Assembly (NCBI GenBank): GCA_038142205.1 | Contig: JAYQJO010000001.1 | Coordinates: 973,615 to 1,037,614, forward strand | DNA: 64,000 bases | Direction of reading: 5' to 3' | Source: Pseudomonadota bacterium | GTDB taxonomy: Bacteria; Pseudomonadota; Gammaproteobacteria; Eutrophobiales; Eutrophobiaceae | In this document: positions 62,606 to 64,000 of the stretch, piece by piece | Layout: the number at the start of each line of letters is the position of its first letter | Position numbering within the stretch: the stretch's first letter is position 1 | Made by a program: the position numbers and the translations under genes | The notes under the pieces: generated by a model | Databases searched by the model: none | What the model was told of the DNA's origin: nothing | The model's input: only the letters and a program-made list of their open reading frames with translations

Positions 62606-64000
62606 TGGCTGCGAATCCTAAGCTCATGAATGAAAAATCAATCAGTTTCAAACTTAATGGTGAAGAAGTTGAAGCATACGGCGACGAAACTATTCTCCAA
62701 GCAGCAAAACGTAATGATGTAGAAATTCCTCACCTTTGTTTTAAAGAAGGATATCGACCGGATGGGAACTGTCGAGCATGTATGGTTGAAATTAATGATG
62801 AACGTGTTTTAGCACCCTCCTGTTGTCGTCAACCAACAGAAGGCATGGAAGTTAAAAGTGATAGTGAGAGAGCACAAAATTCTCAAAAAATGATTTTAGA
62901 ATTACTACTCGCAGATATGCCTCAACAAGGGAAGTCTCCGTATAAATTAGATTCTGAGCTGGATTACTGGGTTGATAAAATGGGTATTTATAATCCACGT
63001 TTTGAAGCAAATAAAGATCAACCAAGCCCAGATCTATCTCACCCTGCAATAGCTGTTAATTTAGATGCGTGTATTCAATGTACGCGATGTGTCAGAGCCT
63101 GCCGTGAAGAACAGGTTAACGATGTTATTGGTTACGCTTTTCGAGGAAAACATTCAGAAATTGTTTTTGATATGGCGGAACCTATGGGTGAAAGCACCTG
63201 TGTCGCTTGCGGCGAATGTGTGCAAGCCTGCCCTACTGGCGCATTGATGCCCGCTAAAAATGTTGGGCTTATTGAGCCAGATAAAGTCGTTGACTCAGTT
63301 TGTCCATACTGCGGTGTTGGTTGTCTACTAAGCTTCAATGTTAAGAACAATCATATTCAATATGTAGAAGGTCGTGATGGCCCATCAAATAAAGGCCGAT
63401 TGTGTGTTAAGGGTCGATATGGTTTTGATTACATCCATCATCCAGATCGATTAACTAAACCATTAATTCGTCGAGAAGGTGTAGAGAAGACAGCCGCTTT
63501 AATTGATCCACTGGAAATGCACAAATATTTTCGTGAAACAACCTGGGAAGAAGCTTTAGAGTTTGCCGCCGAAGGCTTGAATAAGATTAAAAATGAAAAA
63601 GGTTCACAGGCGCTTGCTGGACTTGGTTGTGCAAAAGGCAGTAACGAAGAAGCTTATTTAGTACAAAAATTAGTACGAACCGGTTTTGGCACAAATAACA
63701 TTGATCATTGCACCCGGCTTTGTCATGCATCTTCAGTAGCGGCCTTATTGGAAACAATTGGATCTGGGGCTGTTTCAAATCAAGTCTCTGATGGTTCATT
63801 CGCCGAAGTAATAATTGTTATTGGCGCCCGACCTAATGATAACCATCCTGTAGCAGCTACCTTCATCAAGAATGCAGCTGAACGCGGCAGTAAATTAATC
63901 GTAATAGAACCCTATGGCTCTGATATGTCTTTACATGCCTCTCATTTCATGCAGTTACGTCCTGGCACGGATGTTTTGTTATTAAATGCCATGATGCATG
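62605..64000 (+). CDS. Mo/W formate dehydrogenase alpha subunit (Fdh1A type; runs off window)
   Basis: Manual translation from ATG 62605: IPHLC..GNCRACMVE..C, CIQCTRCVRAC, CVACGECVQACP, CPYCGVGC, NNIDHCTRLCHASS (Cys ligand). Confidence 0.93.
   Translation, partial: MAANPKLMNEKSISFKLNGEEVEAYGDETILQAAKRNDVEIPHLCFKEGYRPDGNCRACMVEINDERVLAPSCCRQPTEGMEVKSDSERAQNSQKMILELLLADMPQQGKSPYKLDSELDYWVDKMGIYNPRFEANKDQPSPDLSHPAIAVNLDACIQCTRCVRACREEQVNDVIGYAFRGKHSEIVFDMAEPMGESTCVACGECVQACPTGALMPAKNVGLIEPDKVVDSVCPYCGVGCLLSFNVKNNHIQYVEGRDGPSNKGRLCVKGRYGFDYIHHPDRLTKPLIRREGVEKTAALIDPLEMHKYFRETTWEEALEFAAEGLNKIKNEKGSQALAGLGCAKGSNEEAYLVQKLVRTGFGTNNIDHCTRLCHASSVAALLETIGSGAVSNQVSDGSFAEVIIVIGARPNDNHPVAATFIKNAAERGSKLIVIEPYGSDMSLHASHFMQLRPGTDVLLLNAMMH

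Noticed and set aside
1-64000. Short antisense or overlapping ORFs in the track; CRISPR, tRNA, rRNA and IS elements
   Set aside because: The shadow ORFs lie within well-supported genes and lack motifs; no spaced direct repeats, cloverleaf, rRNA-like tract or transposase was recognised by eye

Overview
AT-rich bacterial chromosome segment, most consistent with a gammaproteobacterial methylotroph (inferred from gene content). Left part: phaC, ppiC, a translation-modification operon (trhO-GST-cmoA-cmoB...roxA), a c-di-GMP module (orphan pseudopilin + membrane GGDEF-EAL, divergent from a J-domain/PilZ protein), an Anbu/ATP-grasp/alpha-E/transglutaminase cluster, an uncharacterised DMSO-reductase-family molybdoenzyme next to a CoxD/CoxE-like pair, a response regulator/kinase pair, DUF547 + radical SAM, nrdAB and a chemoreceptor. 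Right part (37.2-64 kb): a large H4MPT/methylofuran C1 island (orf21, pabB, orf9, orf1, orf17, fae, orf7, orf5, mch, orfY, mtdB, mptG). The most striking feature follows it: two formyl-furan complexes in tandem. The first is an archaeal-style fwdD-fwdB-fwdA-ftr-fwdC set that keeps the Mo/W-ligating Cys-His and is followed by a ferredoxin and a ferredoxin-NADP+ reductase. The second is the canonical non-redox fhcBADC, followed by an NAD-linked formate dehydrogenase. Many genes are broken at A/T homopolymers, which most likely reflects long-read consensus errors. No rRNA, tRNA, CRISPR array or transposase was recognised.
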